This document shows positions 62,501 through 64,000 of a stretch of DNA of 64,000 nt, one piece after another. This stretch comes from Paraphysomonas bandaiensis (taxonomy: Eukaryota > Protista > Chrysophyceae), in the NCBI GenBank assembly GCA_965644295.1, contig CBFFRP010000423.1, positions 124,001 through 188,000 on the forward strand. Direction: 5' to 3'. A model generated the notes under the pieces. The model was not told the DNA's origin. It worked only from the letters and a program-made list of their open reading frames with translations, and made no database searches. Each line of letters opens with the position of its first letter. The first letter of the stretch is position 1. The position numbers and the translations under genes were made by a program.

Positions 62501-64000
62501 CTGAGACATTTATTTTTCTTTTGTGTAACATGTAATTGCTTTCTTGACTTTTTCGCTGCTGCCAACTTAGCCATACTAATAATGCATACAGGCGTTTGAG
62601 TTTGATCCTAGCGCTCTCACTGACCCAGAGCGCTTGTCAACTTACTTGGTTACCCTGGAGCCGATGACTGAAATTGCTCATTTGTGCATTATCGGTATGT
62701 TGTTTGGGGAATGTGTGTAAGATCTGTTTACTGTATTGGATGCTTGTTTTGTATTTATTACGCGAAATAAATATTTATTGATGGCTAAAACTTATTACTT
62801 CTTATGTCATTTCTCTTGCAGGTGCTGGGGAGGAGTATATTCGCCGCGCAATGGCAACGAGCACACAGAGTGATGATCCTCTTTCAAACACAACATCGTC
62901 AGAGGTGGATGCTGCTATAGCGGAGTACGTCACAGTACTAAACAACGTAGCCGTATTTTTCATGAAAAAAGGTTTCCAGCACGTCAGGTAAGAAATAAGA
63001 ATACCGAATACAGAAAGTAGTTTGTGGTGCACGTGCCGTTCTGTTAAATGTATGCTATATTTCTTCGTGTATGGATTTAAGTTTTGAGTAGTATTCTAGA
63101 CGGAGGGTTTTCAGCAGCTGCGCGCTACTTAATTCGCGGTGGATCTTCTTTCACTTTGGGAACGGCACTTGTGGATGTCGACGTTCCTTCTCTTGACCAA
63201 CTACTGGGATCTGGAACGTGCGAAAAACATCTTGGCGCACGGAAGGCTATCAAAACACAAGGTAGAATATATATATTTTTTCATGATTTGACTGGAATCG
63301 CATTGTGATATATGTTCGGATATCTCTTATGGTGTGCGCGGATGATGTAATAGGGGAAGAGTTTAGTAGAAGTCTATCGAGGGAAGAAGGGGGAACTGGT
63401 CTCACGGCCGCTGCGGGCCTGATGAACTATGCTGGCTCTTTCGTGGCAACTCTTGGCAAACAGGGTGTTGCCAGTCAGGCCTCGTCAGCATCTGCGGCCC
63501 AGTCGCGAGGTTCGGACGGTGAGTTGGGCACGAAGCAAGTATTTGAGGACCTGGGGAAGAAGTTTTCTATGTTTAGTACGTCTACTTTTGCTAATCTGAG
63601 GAAGGGTGTTGCTACTACCGCTACAACTGACTCAGCCACAGATGACACAGCAGATCCAGATGTGGATAAAAAGGCCCACGGGGGAGATACGTGGCGGTCA
63701 TCTGGTGGTGCGGCGGAAGATGGAAAAGGATACGGAAGTTCTTTGACGTTTGTGATCGATGAAGATGAGGAAGAGTTAGACGGAAGTGAGGGGGCGAACG
63801 AGGTTGAGAAGAAGGCCATTGTAGAATCTATTCCTGACACAGACCGGATATTCATATCAAAGACTGACGCAGAGCGTTCCCAGGCACTTGCAATGCACAA
63901 GTTATCTGGAGTGACTAAAGGGGATCATATCGTAATATCCCGTGAAGCACTTCCTGGGGCATTGCTGTTTCCTTGTATGAAGGAAAAGGAGGTCAGAGAC
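59533..64000 (+). CDS. TBC (Rab-GAP-like) + rhodanese-like domain protein, TBC1D23-like; runs off window end
   Basis: GYIPQSCRGSVWCVLL, LHDILLLYC, LHLLLSYHAPLLVQHLD (TBC); FFGIDIRSEEEMKLGKFPKA and AVFFMKKGFQHV|SILDGGFSA (rhodanese-like). Confidence 0.78.

Overview
Gene-dense, intron-rich eukaryotic DNA with mostly 45-70 bp GT-AG introns. It is most likely a stramenopile/ochrophyte protist, inferred from gene content and a diatom-type (CoDi-like) Copia element. About 14 host genes are present: a NUDIX hydrolase (partial), an unknown ~870 aa protein, a secreted DUF5107 protein, an FN3/WW/EF-hand protein, a large coiled-coil protein, a PHO84-like phosphate transporter, a secreted alpha/beta-hydrolase/DUF2135-like protein, a BRCT + PARP-type zinc-finger protein, a kinesin-4-like motor, an NT-C2 coiled-coil protein, TTC27, a PFK-2/FBPase-2 lacking the RHG motif, an R2R3 Myb and a TBC1D23-like protein (partial). 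A U3 snoRNA gene lies on the minus strand. The stand-out feature is an intact, very recent 4,985-bp Ty1/Copia retrotransposon (5193-10177, minus strand). It has identical 287-bp LTRs ending CG...CG instead of TG...CA. It has no tRNA primer-binding site; instead a perfect 16-nt complement of the PBS position lies inside its own LTR, suggesting Tf1-like self-priming. It carries a D-D-29-D integrase without an HHCC motif and a DNQA protease motif, and it sits inside a (TATG)n microsatellite with a 5-bp TSD. Also notable are a double fold-back locus (172-bp perfect inverted repeat plus a CpG-decayed 78-bp one), an intronic satellite with a 268-bp pentameric higher-order repeat, and AT-rich 5' ends on most genes.
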